Below, in pieces: positions 1 to 12,800 of a stretch of DNA of 64,000 nt. The notes beneath the pieces were generated by a model, which was not told where the DNA came from, searched no databases, and was given only the letters and a program-made list of their open reading frames with translations. The stretch lies in the NCBI RefSeq assembly GCF_006345805.1, contig NC_043019.1, positions 14,445,360 to 14,509,359 of the forward strand. The letters are read 5' to 3'. The position numbers and the translations under genes are program-made. The first letter of the stretch is position 1. Each line of letters opens with the position of its first letter. This DNA comes from Octopus sinensis (taxonomy: Eukaryota).

Positions 1-2378
1 GCTCGACCTTTCAAGGACAGCTTCCTCTCGGCCCATTTCTGGGTGAGACGTGCCATCCTGCTCGTCACTTCTTCCCAGTTTTTATCCACCTGGAGGTCTG
101 GACCGAACCAGACCCCGAGCAGTTTAACGGGTCCGTCTGTCCAGCGCCCTACGACGCTGTTGGACGGCATGGGCTTGCCTCTCCAGGTGCCCAGTTGCAA
201 GCCTACAGACTTTTCTGCGTTAATCTTTACCCCTGTCACCGCTTCGTACTCGATTAGTGTCTCGCCAATCAGGTCAATGTGCCTGTGGATCGACACCATC
301 ACGGTGACGTCGTCGGCATAGGCAGACATGCTGTTTCCACCTCCTAGATCACGCGGGATACCCCTCAAATCCTCCAACTTGTGCAGTAATGGCTCAAGAG
401 TCAATATGTACAAGAGGGAGGAGAGAGGGCATCCTTGGCGGACCGAACACGAGATGTCAAACGGTTCCGAAAGGTGACCATTCACCCGTATCACCGAGCA
501 GATGTTGCTGTATAAAGCAGCGATCCACCCGCGGAAGACTGGACCGAAGCCGGCTGCCTTGAGAACAGCTGCCAGGTACCGATGGTCGACCCTATCGAAG
601 GCTTTACTCTGATCTAAATTGATCAAAGCCCCACCCGCGCCAGCGTCGTTACCCACCCTCTCTAAGATGTAGTGCATGAGATGGAGGTTGTCGTGTATCG
701 ACCTGGTCAGCACGGCGCATGTCTGCGTTTTGCCAACCAGCTTGTCCACGACAAGCGCCAATCTCTTGGCTAGCACCTTGGCCAAAATCTTCAACTCTGC
801 GTTGAGCAGAGTGATGGGCCGAAAATTCCCTATAATGCCCCCTTGTTTGGGTCCTTTCTCAGCAAAGCCACTACCCCTTGACAGACAAAAGCAGAAATTC
901 TCCCGTTTTGCTGCCAATTGCAGTAGACGTTTGCCAACAGGCCCGCAAACAAGTCTGGCATTGAAGTGTAAAGCTCGTATGGCAGACCATCCAAACCCGG
1001 CGATCTACCTCTCATGCAACTCTTCATTGCTTCTTCCACTTCCCAGGCAGATATCGGTCCTTCGCAGCACTCTGCTTCGCTGTCCGAGAGTTGCGGTAGG
1101 CCGTCCAGGTACACACCAATATCTATACCGTTGTGCGTTCCACCGCTCCTTCCAAACAGTTGAGCAAAGTGCCGCTGAAACACCACACACATCTGCTTCG
1201 GTTCGGTAACCTCGTGCCCGTTCTGCTCCACCAAAGACCGAATGTTTGCTATGTTGCCTTGCTTCACCTCCGCCACGCGGGCCCGTCGAGCGGCTCTAGT
1301 CCCCTCCTCGCTTAGCGAAAGTGCCTTAGCTCTGACAACGCAGCCTTCGTGCTTGGTGTCAAAGTGTTGGTCAAGGGCCAACCTTGCTGCCAACACGTCG
1401 GTCGCGATGCCAGTCTCAAGAGCCTCGTCTAGTTTCTTAGCTAAATCCCGCTCTCTCTTCCTACGTTCAATAGCTAGAGCCTTAATAAACCTAATCGACT
1501 CTACTCTAATTGCTCTCTTGAGTGCAAACCACCAGTTGTTGTTGATGATTGCCCCTGTGAGCACCCGCTTAACTAGTAAACTAATCCGGTCTCTGTAAGC
1601 TTTGCATGCCGTTAACGACGCGTTCAGCTTCCAGTAGCCGGGTCCCTGTCTATGTAGCCTATCTAAGTCGACCGTACAGATCACGAATTTGTGGTCCGTG
1701 TAGTCGACTAGGTGGAATTGTGGACACCCTTTGCTGTCCTTATCCGCTGGCCTACAAAACACTTTATCTAAGTTTATCTAGACGACCCGATGCGATTGGT
1801 CCAAGTCCACAATGGCACATTCGGGTTGTCTAGTCGAAACCTGTCGAACAGCTGAAAGCGTCCGAGTAGGTTGGCGAGGTTCTTGCACCCCCCTCTCCTA
1901 TCAGATGCTCCCTGCCCACCCGATCGAAACGTTCGTCTAAGACAGCGTTCCAATCCCCAACTAGCACTAGAGTGCGTGACGTTCCCAGAAAAATTTCCAG
2001 ACGTTTGAAATAATCCGACTGCCCTGCTCCTGTCGGAGCGTAGGCAACCAGCAGTCTGAAAGCACCGCCGTCACTACCGTCTACGTCGAGGACCACCAAC
2101 TTACCTTCTGGATCCAGGAAGACTGTCCTTATTTTCAAGTCCAGGCCCTTCCGAAACATCACCGCAGTACTACCACCGCCCGCTCCCAGCCGACACGGAG
2201 ATAGAAAGATCTCATATCCGCCGAAAAGGGCTGCGAGTTCCTGCGGGTCGGAGAGCCTCGTTTCACTAATGGCTGCTACATCCACATCATGAAACCTCAG
2301 GTCGTTTAACAGGTGACCCTGTTTCCAAGGTGACCCGAGGCCTCTCACATTCAAGCAACCGATTCTAAGTTTTGCCAT
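1..2378 (-). mobile_element. Tx1/L1-clade LINE ORF2 (APE endonuclease + reverse transcriptase), frameshifted, runs off window start
   Basis: 1830-2378 gives EN motifs (CLNVRGL, AISETRL, LVGDWNA). 830-1762 gives the linker (YWKLNASL, SPGLDGLPYE). After a frameshift near 835 my manual translation reads GNFRPITLLNAELKILAK...DQSKAFDRV...VRQGCPLS...AYADD. Confidence 0.92.
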
Positions 2379-2686
2379 GTTTCAAAGGTGACAAAAAATA
2401 AAAGGAGAAAAAGGCTCTACTTACTGTTGTTGTTGGTGGGGGTGGCTCCCATGTGCTTTTGCACAGGTGTTTCTACAATATTTTTATAAAGTTTCTTTGA
2501 GAAACTTCTCCCTAGCGATCTGACATCATTAGGGAATATCTGTTTTATGTCACTGTATGTTTTTTGGTTAATTTTAATGGTGAGAATGTGTGCTGGTGGT
2601 GTGTTGTGTGTAGGTATTATGAAATCTGTAATGTTTGTACTTGTGTTGTCTTTTAGATATGAAACGAGTTTTTCATTTTTTTGTGT

Positions 2687-3959
2687 TTATGGCTGTAATC
2701 GTTTCTCTGTGTGTTGGTGTGTGTGGCAGTGGCAGTAGTGGTGTCGAAAATGTTGTTGTGAGTGTGTGTTGTTGTTGTTGTTGATGATGATGTTGGGAAG
2801 CACTATTTGTTCGTGCATCCCCTGTGTGTCTTTTTGCTTCTTCCTCCTCTTCTTCTTCGGAGGCACTGTGTGCCATTCACCTTTCTCGGTATCAGTGCTC
2901 GCACAATCCGAGCTGTCCTGATCCGAAAAGGGGATGGCTGTCGGGTCCGCTTCAGCAGCAGGGCGAAAAATTGTCGGTTCTGCTGGTATCGGTGGTGTTG
3001 CTGTATCTGTTGGTGATGGTGACGATGTCGGTGTCGGTGTTTCTTCCTTTTTTGTTGTTGTTTTTCTTGGTGTTGGTTTGGTGGTTGTTGGAGGTGGTGT
3101 CGTTCGTCGTAGTAGTGGTGATGGTGATGGTGGTGTGGCAGCCTTTGGTGTTTCTTGCTGTTGTTGTTGCTGCTGCTGCTGCTGCTGCCTCTCGCCGTCT
3201 GCCTCCATTCTATTTTTGTAAATGGGGCAGTCCCTTCTTAGGAGGCTTTCGCTGCTGCAGAGCTAACATCTTGGCTTTCGCCCCTCCACAGCAACGTGCA
3301 GCCTAATGCCGTCCGGCAAATTAAACCGAGTCAGGTATGGCATTAATGTATTCCTGCTGGATTTGTACCTGCAGTTGAACTCCCATACCTGACCAGTTTT
3401 TTTCCTTCACTCTTCGTACATCTAGAATAGTGGCAGTGTCCTCTATGTCATAGAGGACAGCCGCCACCAGCCATGATATATTTAGTTCGGGGGGTACTAT
3501 GTCGATTTTTATTTTCTGGACCCTCCGCCTGAGCTACATTGGAACGAGGAACAAATTTTCATTTTGCAAGGGCGAAATGGCATGCGCCATTGCATCCTCC
3601 TCTGTTGGGAAGCGAATCTCCACTGTTCCGAAACGTTTCCCTCTGGTGACATAGCTCTTTTTGCCCCATATAGGCTTCAGAGGTATTTCCAATTGTTGGG
3701 GTGTTGCGTTAATCAGTCTTTTGTTTTTCTTGTAGAAAACCTTGTCAAATATTGTCTTCTTGTTAGTGTCATGTATGAGTTGTTGAGGTGTATTGAGGAA
3801 AACACTGTTTCCCTCTTTTCTCAACAACTCCTTTGCGCTTTTGATTTTGTCCATCGTAACTTTTACTTCCTCCGAGCTTTGTTTTGCAGCGGAGGCGAAA
3901 TTGCTACGATGGCTTGTTGTGTTGTTGCTAGTGGTGGTGTCGGTGTGGCTGCTGGTCAT
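2687..3959 (-). mobile_element. Tx1-type LINE ORF1 (gag-like), disrupted, with degenerate CCHC zinc knuckle
   Basis: ORF 3534-3959 (GTVEIRFPTEEDA) continues after a frameshift to EGRKPRC*LCSSESLLRRDC (3227-3268). This is followed by polyQ, a Pro/Thr-rich tract and KKKRRKK. It lies directly upstream of ORF2 on the same strand. Confidence 0.75.
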
Positions 3960-4160
3960 TTTCTTTCCCTCCTTCTCCAGTACTGGAGCACTGGTGGAGG
4001 GAAGAGAAGGAAAATCTTCGATGACGTCAAAGGTGACGCCATCGTTGTCGCTTTTCTTTGGAACGCTCTTTCTTCCCTCCTTCTCCGGTACAGGAGCATT
4101 GGTGGAGGGAAGAGGAGGGAAATCTTTGATGACGTCAAAAGTGACGACTTCGTTTTCATT
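3958..4160. repeat. Two ~108-bp tandem monomers in the Tx1 5' UTR
   Basis: ttctttccctccttctccagtactggagcactggtggagggaaga...gatgacgtcaaaggtgacg is repeated twice with substitutions, just upstream of ORF1. Confidence 0.7.
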
Positions 4161-4880
4161 TTTGGAATCCCTCCCCGGTCCTTTCGAACCCCTCCCCCAT
4201 CATCTAACCGCTCTCCTTGGCCCATAAATTGGGAGCCCTTCCGGCAAGGAAAATAGTACGCCCAAAAGGACTCCCAGCCCTCTGCTTCAGAAGAGGTTAT
4301 GTTCAGATCACAACTAAGCCTTAACCTAAGTCTAAGCTAACCTAGCGAAAGGGGGCATGAGAGCCTTTAAAAGGCAGCGACCAATCCCGATCTAGTCCTA
4401 ACTCCACTTAGAGGTACTGTCGGTCAAGGCTGTATCAAAGGTCTGCATTGGAGAATGTTGCATCAAAGGTTTGCATTGGATAAGGATGCATGGAAGGTTT
4501 GCTTTGGAGATCTGCAGTGAAGAATGTTGACTTAAAGATATGGATTGGATAAGATTGTATTAGAGATCTGCATTGGAGAAAGTTGATTCGAAGGTTTGCA
4601 TTGGGGATCCGGATTGGAGTAACTTAGGAAAACTTACCAATAGCGTTAACAAAAAAATAAGGGGCCTGGCCCTTCTAGCCTAACTCTATGAGCAACTTTG
4701 CCAAGCACTGATATCGGCTGAGTGAACGTTGTTGTTGGATTAGTCAGCATTGTCTAATAAAGAAGAGGAAGAGTCTTTGGATCATGTTGCCGTGGTTTGA
4801 AAATATGTCCGGCCAATGCTTCCGAATCACTTGTTTATAACCACATCGGCTGCAATGATAACTTGTTCTTCTTTCTACGT

Positions 4881-5235
4881 CTATGAAACATCGCTATAGA
4901 CAACATTGCGCGTTCTGCCCCGAGGAGCACACACAAAAAGAGCGTTTCCACTCCCCACACTGGAGCAGGCTACATAAAGTTGCCCATAAGCATGGCTCCT
5001 CCAAATGGACGCCCACCACCGATAGTGTTTGGCCTTGGGATTTGTTGATGTACATGGCAATCTGCGGAAGTTAAACAGCATGTCTGATCCCGGGGATAAA
5101 GCTACTTCCTTGAAATGAAAACATTTCCCCCCTCCCACACCCCATAACCATAGCAGCCTCAATAAATTGGGGCGTCAGGGACTTGACTACCAAGCGGGTC
5201 CCGTTGCACTGTATAGGCGGATAAAGCGTGTACTC
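4881..5235 (-). mobile_element. Helitron PIF1-helicase C-terminal remnant
   Basis: Frameshifted minus-strand peptides LYPPIQCNGTRLVVKSL, SDMLFNFRRL and HAYGQLYVACSSVGSGNALFVCAPRGRTRNVVY match the Helitron/PIF1 motifs CNGTRL, HGQLYVA.SRV and TRNVVY. Confidence 0.8.
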
Positions 5236-5599
5236 TTTATCCCATTTGAGTTGTTGTTTTGAGTGGCAGGAGATAAGTTTCAGCAAACTTGAATAGCATG
5301 TTCGGAACTCGTTCCTAATGTTAAAATGCCACAAATGAAGAAATGCTTTTAAATCACATAGGAAGAAAAATGGCTACAGCACGAAGTCATCGATTTGCTT
5401 CGACCACCGAGAAAGCAGAAGTACGTACAAGGAATTTCATAAACAGAAATGAATGGAAAGAATGTTGCGGTTGAACAAAGTTTGTTGTGAGGTTTCTAGC
5501 GAACAGAAATAAAAAAAATAACAGCCAAGTAAAGAATTTTATTTCGTTTTTGGATTTGGTTTGCAAGGTTCTTTATATGAGTTCGTGTGTTGAAGCATA

Positions 5600-5850
5600 T
5601 TCTGTTGTGTCTGGGAGAGTCATTTTCTTATTGTGCCTTATAATGTAACACACTCACCGGTGAAATTTCCACTTATTTCTTATTTTTATTTTTCTAAAAT
5701 TTTCGTTGCATCAAGACTATTGAACAGGTTGCAAGATGCAACGAAAATTTTAGGAAAACAAAACTCAGAAATAAGTGGAAATTTTACCGGTGAGTGTGTT
5801 AAATTATAAGGCACTAAAAGAAAATGACTCCCCAGACACAACAAAATAAA
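5600..5850. mobile_element. Palindromic MITE/foldback element
   Basis: Arms of ~110 bp (ttgtgtctgggagagtcattttc...aattttcgttgcatc and gatgcaacgaaaatttt...gaaaatgactccccagacacaa) surround a ~20-bp spacer. Confidence 0.8.
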
Positions 5851-6760
5851 GAATTTTAATATTAAAGCAAACAAAAACTAAGAAACAAAATGTGCTAGTT
5901 GCTAATTACATCGTCATTAGGTTTTGTTTTCTAATTGAATAAAGCAACATTAATTATCTAATATTCAAAATTTCATTTAGAATGAAATATATGGAAAAAT
6001 TGAATACATACATATACTATATGCATACATTTCTTTCAGAGCGATTCGTCTTTGTTTTTCTGTATAATTGAAACTATATATACATTTCTTTCAGACCAGT
6101 TTATCTTTGTTTTTCTGTATAATAGTCGCCATTGCAGTGGACTTAACTCATGTTAGCAAACAACGGATTTCACAGACGTGAGAATTGGTAAAAGTTATGG
6201 ATGAAAATCGATTTTTACTGCTGTCCAAAGATGTCTCGGGAAAAATATGTTGACAAATGCACAGCCCTGATCGTGACTAATGTCCTCCTAACATTGGAGC
6301 GACATGCGTGCTAATTTGTGGACATGCATAAATTACATTCACGTACACACCCACTCATCGACAGTTCTTTTTTTGTTTTCTTTTTATGAGAACTTAAAGC
6401 ATTTAAAGTCCCCATGAGTCCTAAGTATCGCTGGCATCAAGTTTGAACAAAATACATCAAAACTGGTAAAAGTTATGGTTGAAAATGGGGTGTAGCCAAT
6501 TTTAGTGGGAAATCCTATAAGGAATCGGTCTATCGATTTTTCATCCTGATTGAATGGAAAACCCCATAAAGAATCAGTTCATTGATTTTTCCCCCCAAAA
6601 TAGAACTTAACCGAACGCTACATTGCTGATTCAAAAAATCTGTGTTTATAGTTTAAAGTTAGTTTTCACACCCGACACGGGTCTACAAAATCAGTGTCAA
6701 GACGGGAACGCATAGGTTGGGCGTTTGACCGGCGGACGTGATCGGGTTGCATTTGCCAGC

Positions 6761-7070
6761 CCTTTCGAAACCACTACCCTCATCATCTAACTCCCCTTGA
6801 CAGGGAGCCCTTCCGGCAAGGAAAATAGAACACCCAAAAACGGGTCCCGATCCTCTGCGTCAAAAGAGGTTATGTTCAGATCACAACTAAGCCTTAACCT
6901 AAGTCTAAGCTAACCGAGCAAAAGGGGGCTCGAGAGCCTCTAAAAGGCAGCAACTAATCCCGATCTAGTCCTAACTCCTCCTAGCAGTACTATCGATCAA
7001 GGCTGTATCGAAGATATGTATTGAAGGTTTCCTCGGAGATCTGCATTGGAGAAGGTTGCATCAAAGGTTT
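6761..7070 (-). repeat. Second copy of the Tx1 5'-region block (direct repeat of ~4180-4480)
   Basis: Shared run gggagcccttccggcaaggaaaatag...gaggttatgttcagatcacaactaagccttaacctaagtctaagctaac...cccgatctagtcctaactcc at an offset of ~2580 bp. Confidence 0.85.
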
Positions 7071-7145
7071 GCACAGTATTATATATATATATACATACAT
7101 ATACACACACATACACACACACAATATAAATGTCACATTCTCTAA

Positions 7146-9746
7146 CATATATATATCATCATCATCATCATCATCATCATTTAGCGTCCGTTTTCCATGC
7201 TAGCATGGGTTGGACGGTTCTACTGGGGTCTGTGAAGCCAGAAGGCTTCATCAGGCCCAGTCAAATCTGGCAGTGTTTCTACGGCTGGATGCCCTTCCTA
7301 ACGCCAACCACTCCGTGAGTGTAGTGGGTGCTTTTTACGTGCCACCCGCACTGGTGCCAGACAGAGCTGGCAAACGGCCACGAACGGATGGTGCTTTTTA
7401 TGTGCCACCGGCACGAGGGCCAGGCGAGGCTGGCAACGGACACGAAACGGGGCGGTGCTGGCAACGGTCGCGAAACGGAAAGTTCTCTTACATGCCACCG
7501 GCACTGGTAACACATCTGCAATTTCCATTGATCGATTTCGATTCTGATCCTCACTTGCCTCAATGGGTCTTCACAAGCAGAGTTTCGACATGCCACCGGC
7601 ACTGGTAGCACATCCGCAATTTCCATTGATCGATTTCGATTCTGATCCTCACTTGCCTCAATGGGTCTTCACAAGCAGAGTTTCGACATGCCACCGGCAC
7701 TGGTAGCACATCCGCAATTTCCATTGATCGATTTCGATTCTGATCCTCACTTGCCTCAACACGTCTTCACAAGTAGAGTTTTGTGTCTCAAGAAGGGAAG
7801 GTATGCATACGTAGGCTGGCTCCATCCCATGTAGAAGGCCACGGGTTGTGGACTCACTTGTCCTGCCGGGTCTTCTCGCGCACAGCACACTTCCAGAGGT
7901 CTCGGTCTCTAGTCATTTCCTCAGTGAGACCTAAAGTTCGAAGGTCGTGCTTCACCACCTCGTCCCAGGTTTTCCTGGGTCTGCCTCTTCCACAGGTTCC
8001 CTCAACCGCTAGGGTGTGGCACTTTTTCACACAACTATCTTCATCCATTCTCGCCACATGACCATACCAGCGCAAACGTCTCTCTTGCACACCACAACTG
8101 ATGCCTCTTAGGTCCAGCTTTTCTCTCAAGGTACTCACACTCTGCCGAGTGTGAGTACCGGCATTACACATCCATCGGAGCATACTGGCTTCATTTCTAC
8201 CGAGCTTACGCATATCCTCAGCATTCACGGCCCATGTTTCACTGCCATGTAGCATGGCTGTTCGTACACACGCATCATACAGTCTGCCTTTCACTCTGTG
8301 CGAGAGGCCTTTTGTCACCAGCAGAGGTAAGAGCTCTCTGAACTTTGCCCAAGCTATTCTTACTCTAGCAGTTACACTTTCAGCACACCCGCCCCCGCTG
8401 CTGACTTGGTTACCTAGGTAACGGAAACTATCAACTATTTCTAGTTTTTCTCCCTGGAAAGTGACGGAAGTTGGTCTCAGAGCAATTTCAGTGTTTATTG
8501 TTCCTGAGCATCTGCCACATACAAAAACCATCTTCCTAGTTAGCCTTCCTTTGACATTGCTGCATCTCTTATGTGTCCATAGCTTACACTTGGTGCATCT
8601 TATAGAGTTTCTACCTACACCTTTTCTACAGATCGAGCAGGGCCATCTACCTGAAGGTGTTTGTGATTTGTCTACCTTCCTACTGATTACGACTTTGGTT
8701 TTAGCTAGATTGACTCTGAGGCCCTTCGATTCTAATCCTTGTTTCCACACCTGAAACTTCTCCTCCAGTTCTGATAGCGACTCAGCAATTAGAGCAAGGT
8801 CATCAGCATAGAGGAGCTCCCAAGGGCATCCTGTCTTGAATTCCTCCGTTATTGCCTGGAGGACTATGATAAATAGGAGGGGGCTGAGGACTGAGCCTTG
8901 GTGGACCCCTACCTCTACCCGGAATTCTTCACTGTACTCATTTCCAACCCTCACCCTACTAGCGCGTCCCTATACATGGCCCGCACAGATCTCACTAACC
9001 ATTCATCTATCCCTAGTTTTCTCATTGCCCACCAGATAAGGGATCGGGGGACCCTGTCGAAGGCTTTCTCCATGTCAACAAAAGCCAGGTACAGGGGCTT
9101 ATCTTTGGCTAGGTATTTCTCCTGCAGCTGCCTTACCAGGAATATAGCATCAGTGGTACTTTTCCCTGGCACAAACCCAAACTGCATCTCATCTAAACTA
9201 ACTCTCTCTCTAATTAGTTGGGCTATGACCCTCTCCGTAACCTTCATCACCTGGTCCAACAGCTTGATACCTCTGTAGTTATTTGTATCTAGGGCATCAC
9301 CTTTACCTTTGTAGCAGTTGACTATTATACTGCTACACCAGTCATTGGGTATGACCCCTTTGTGTATCACCTGATTAACTATATGGGTGACTAGGCTATA
9401 GCCGACACTACCAGACATTTTGAGCATCTCTGCAGTGATTCCTGATGGGCCTGGGGCTTTCCCTGTCTTCATGCTTCTAATTGCCTTAGCTACCACAGAA
9501 CTATCAACTCGGATAGCTGGTCCCTCTGTTGGGTCAACATTCGGCAGACTCTCTTTATCCCATTCATTTTCTTCATTCAGCAACCTTTCATAGTGGCGTC
9601 TCCAAACCTCTCTCTTTGCATCCTCATTTAGCGCAAGTGAACCATCTTCCATGCGATAAGTATACCCACGCCACCAACCCCGTCAGTGTTCCCTGCCCAG
9701 AAAATCTTGTACCTGCGTTCCTTGCCTGTGAGTGTACCTGCGTTCC
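7146..9746 (-). mobile_element. RTE-clade LINE copy A: RT in two frames (8951-9652, 7854-8954), internally deleted EN region, 3' UTR with (ATC)n tail
   Basis: RT motifs NYRGIKLL, FVDMEKAFDRV, GVHQGSVLSP, LYADD, GSETW and GRPRKTW. The tail is (atc)n at 7155-7180. Confidence 0.95.
7490..7780. repeat. 98-bp unit x3 in the RTE 3' UTR
   Basis: acatgccaccggcactggta... starts at 7490, 7588 and 7686. Confidence 0.9.
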
Positions 9747-9806
<60 letters not shown>

Positions 9807-9818
9807 ATATATATATAG

Positions 9819-9861
<43 letters not shown>

Positions 9862-10272
9862 TGTTTATATTTTGTACCGTCGTTCTGTCCTGTTTTTGTT
9901 ACCTTTTTTACCCCTCCGCAAAAAAATCTCAAATTTTATTTAATTTGATTTTCGCGGGAAGGATTGTTTCATTAAAGTCATGTATCGCCTTGACCTTCGA
10001 AACGTGGAGTAGGTGAAACAAAGGCGACTGAAGAAGGGGAATTTTCCCTGTTTTGTCTGTCCTGTACTCTATTTTTTCGTTGTTTAAGAAAAATGTCCAT
10101 TTCCTTGGTTTTGTGTTTATGTTTTCGTTTCTCATTGTGTTCAACGTTTTTTTGGTGTCCCGTACCCATATATGCATGCATATATACATGTAGAGGTAGG
10201 TACGTACATATATGTATGTATATATGCATATGTTTTATTTACTTATTAATTTATTATATATATAAATATATT

Positions 10273-10304
<32 letters not shown>

Positions 10305-10328
10305 TGTATGTATGTATGTATATATATT

Positions 10329-10677
10329 TGTAGCGCCACAAACAGCCAGCGCCATAATGGATGAGACCTCACGGCAGCCATTGCCATCTCTGAGACTGGA
10401 GCAAGACCTCACCTGCATCCCTCTTGCCATGCACGAGAACACAAGTCTCGCGATGGAAACGATATATAGACAGAAAACCGATTCAGACCTGTGTCTTTTG
10501 GCGCCACCACCACAGCAGCACTGGTTGAGGCTTTCTGCCTGTCTATCTCCAGAGGCAATGCGCCCACACTATCGGAGCGTAAGATGGGAGCTTAGAGCAG
10601 CACACTTCACCTTTTCTGTAAATAATCCAGTTGTACTTGAGGTCTTTTCTCTTCGCCTGCCAGAAGCCTGAACTACA
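10329..10677 (+). mobile_element. Gypsy family-1 LTR copy (TGT...ACA)
   Basis: Homologous (reverse complement) to 41247-41630, which is preceded by a PPT-like ggggagccctt. It begins tgtagc and ends ctgaactaca. Confidence 0.7.
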
Positions 10678-11217
10678 TAAATAACAAAAAGAATGATGGA
10701 AGGAGACGATATTCTTCTGATATTATAAACCTTGCCTTCCATTACTAAAAATGGAGACCCCTGAAGTAGAAAAGGTTTTTCGACAGCCACAAACTGTCAT
10801 CGCATTATAAAATGCCTGAACCGAATCATTATAAAATGCCTCAGCCGAATCAACTCCTAACAAGACGACCATCACCTTCCAGTCATCGTTCCTGCCGCCA
10901 TATTTGAATTGCCCCACGTGGAAACAGGACTTAACTGACAAACGGAAAAAAAATATTTATTGGTACAATCACACACACCATTACAGTGTTTTTCTTTCCG
11001 CATTTTTTTTTTTTTTGTTGAAAGAAAATAAGATTTAAAAAAAAGCACGTTTAGCGACGAAATTTTTTTCTTGTCTAAGCATTCAGTACTCAATTTTATA
11101 AATTTTGCTCAGAAAATTACTTTCCTCGCACACACGCTATAATTTGCAACAACACTTTTTGTCGGTTATTTTTTATGGTCCATTTCTTTTCTTCTCTGAC
11201 AGAAGAAAAAACAAAAA

Positions 11218-12800
11218 ATGAGTCAACCTAATCTCCCTTCGAATACTGGTGACGTCTCACTTTGGTTTGCACAGTTAGAGACATATTTTGTACCTCATGA
11301 TGTACCCCTGTCGCGCAGGTTCTACCGATGCAGTTCTTAGCCTGGCATTTTTTCTTGTCACCGCTGGAGATGCTTTTCATTCTCTTTTGGCTTCATTCCC
11401 AGAGCTAGTAGATCATACTTTTCATTCGAAAAAGCTCGTGCACTTGACCCTCCATTCTATTACCACCCTTGGGCCACCTGTTTCTTCGCGCCCGCCACGG
11501 CTTGCACATGACCGACTAAAAACGGCTAGGGCCGAGTGTGAGCACATGCTCCTGCTTGGCCTGATACGCCCCTCCATCAGCCCTTGGGCATCTCCCCTTC
11601 ATTTGGCGCATAAAGGGGTTCTGATTTTCGCTCGGTGGGGGATTATAGGCGTTTTAATGCAGTTATGGTACCTTACCGATATCCTATAAAAAGACCTTCA
11701 GGATTTTTCAGCAAATCTTCATGGTTGTACCATCTTTTCTAAAGTTGACCTCATTCGCGCACCTGTCATCAGATACAGGTCAACCCAGCCGATATTCCAA
11801 AAACTGACTTACACTCCTTTTGGTTGTTTTCAGTTTCTATATATGAGTGGCTGTGTGGTAAGTAGCTTGCTTACCAACCGCATGGTTCTGGGTTCAGTCC
11901 CACTGCGTGGCATCTTGGGAAAGTGTCTTCTGCTATAGCCCCGGGCCGACCAATACCTTGTGTAGACGGAAACTGAAAGAAGCCTTTCGTATATATGTAT
12001 ATATATGTATATATGTATATATGTATATATATATATATGTATATATATGTATATATGTATATATGTATATATATGTATATATATATATGTATGTTTGTGT
12101 GTCTGTGTTTGTCTCCCTAGCATTGCTTGACAACCGATGCTGGTGTGTTTACGTCCCCGTAACTTAGCTGTTCGGCAAAAGAGAACCGATAGAATAAGTA
12201 CTGGGCTTACAAAGAATAAGTCCCGGGGTCGATTTGCTCGACTAAAGGCGGTGCTCCAGCATGGCTGCAGTCAAATGACTGAAACAAGTAAAAGAGTAAA
12301 AGAGAGAGTGTGAGTTTTGGTTTGCGGAACACTACCAGTACGTTCCAGCGTTTCATTGAGGAAGTCGTCTGCGGATTTGATTTTGTGTTCGCTTATGTTG
12401 GTGACATACTCATTGCAAGCGACACACGTGACAATCATCTCCGCTACTTGTCTCAGCTTTTTCAGCCTCTTCGCGCCTATGGTGTGCGTATTAATCCTGT
12501 CAAGTGTATTTTCGGGAAATCTTCTCTTGAATTTCTGGGACATCATATTGACTCGAGTGGCATCAAACCTCTCTCTTCCAAAGTCGATGCCATTCAAAGA
12601 ATCGCACCCCCGACACTTCACTACTCCAACTTCGTAAATTTTGGGGCATTGTCAATTTTTACAGACACTTCGTTAGAAATTGTGCAGACAAGTTACTTCC
12701 CCTGACTCTGCTATTGAAAGCAGATAACAAAAAGAGTAGCAGTTGTACTTGAGGTCTTTTCTCTTTGCATGCCAGAAGCCTGAACTACATAAAGAACAAA
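11218..12800 (+). mobile_element. Degenerate Ty3/Gypsy family-1 internal region (gag N-terminus, RT) ending in a partial LTR; RNaseH/integrase deleted
   Basis: Peptides MSQPNLPSNTGDVSLWFAQLETYF (gag), RPSISPWASPLHL, NPADIPKT and SFGLRNTTSTFQRF...FAYVGDILIAS. Relative to the copy at 41247-44982, ~2.4 kb is missing at ~12730. Confidence 0.85.
11846..12305 (+). mobile_element. tRNA-derived SINE with internal (TA/TATG)n microsatellite, inserted into the Gypsy RT
   Basis: A/B-box-like head gagtggctgtgtggtaag...gggttcagtccc and tail caaatgactgaaacaagtaaaagag. The Gypsy RT frame resumes immediately after it. Family members also occur at 16250-16350, 19375-19575, 32385-32580, 37705-37800 and 44140-44590. 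Confidence 0.85.

Noticed and set aside
7854-9652. Active autonomous RTE
   Set aside because: There is a frameshift near 8951, and most of the endonuclease is deleted. Copies B and C lack the RT and the 5' half respectively.
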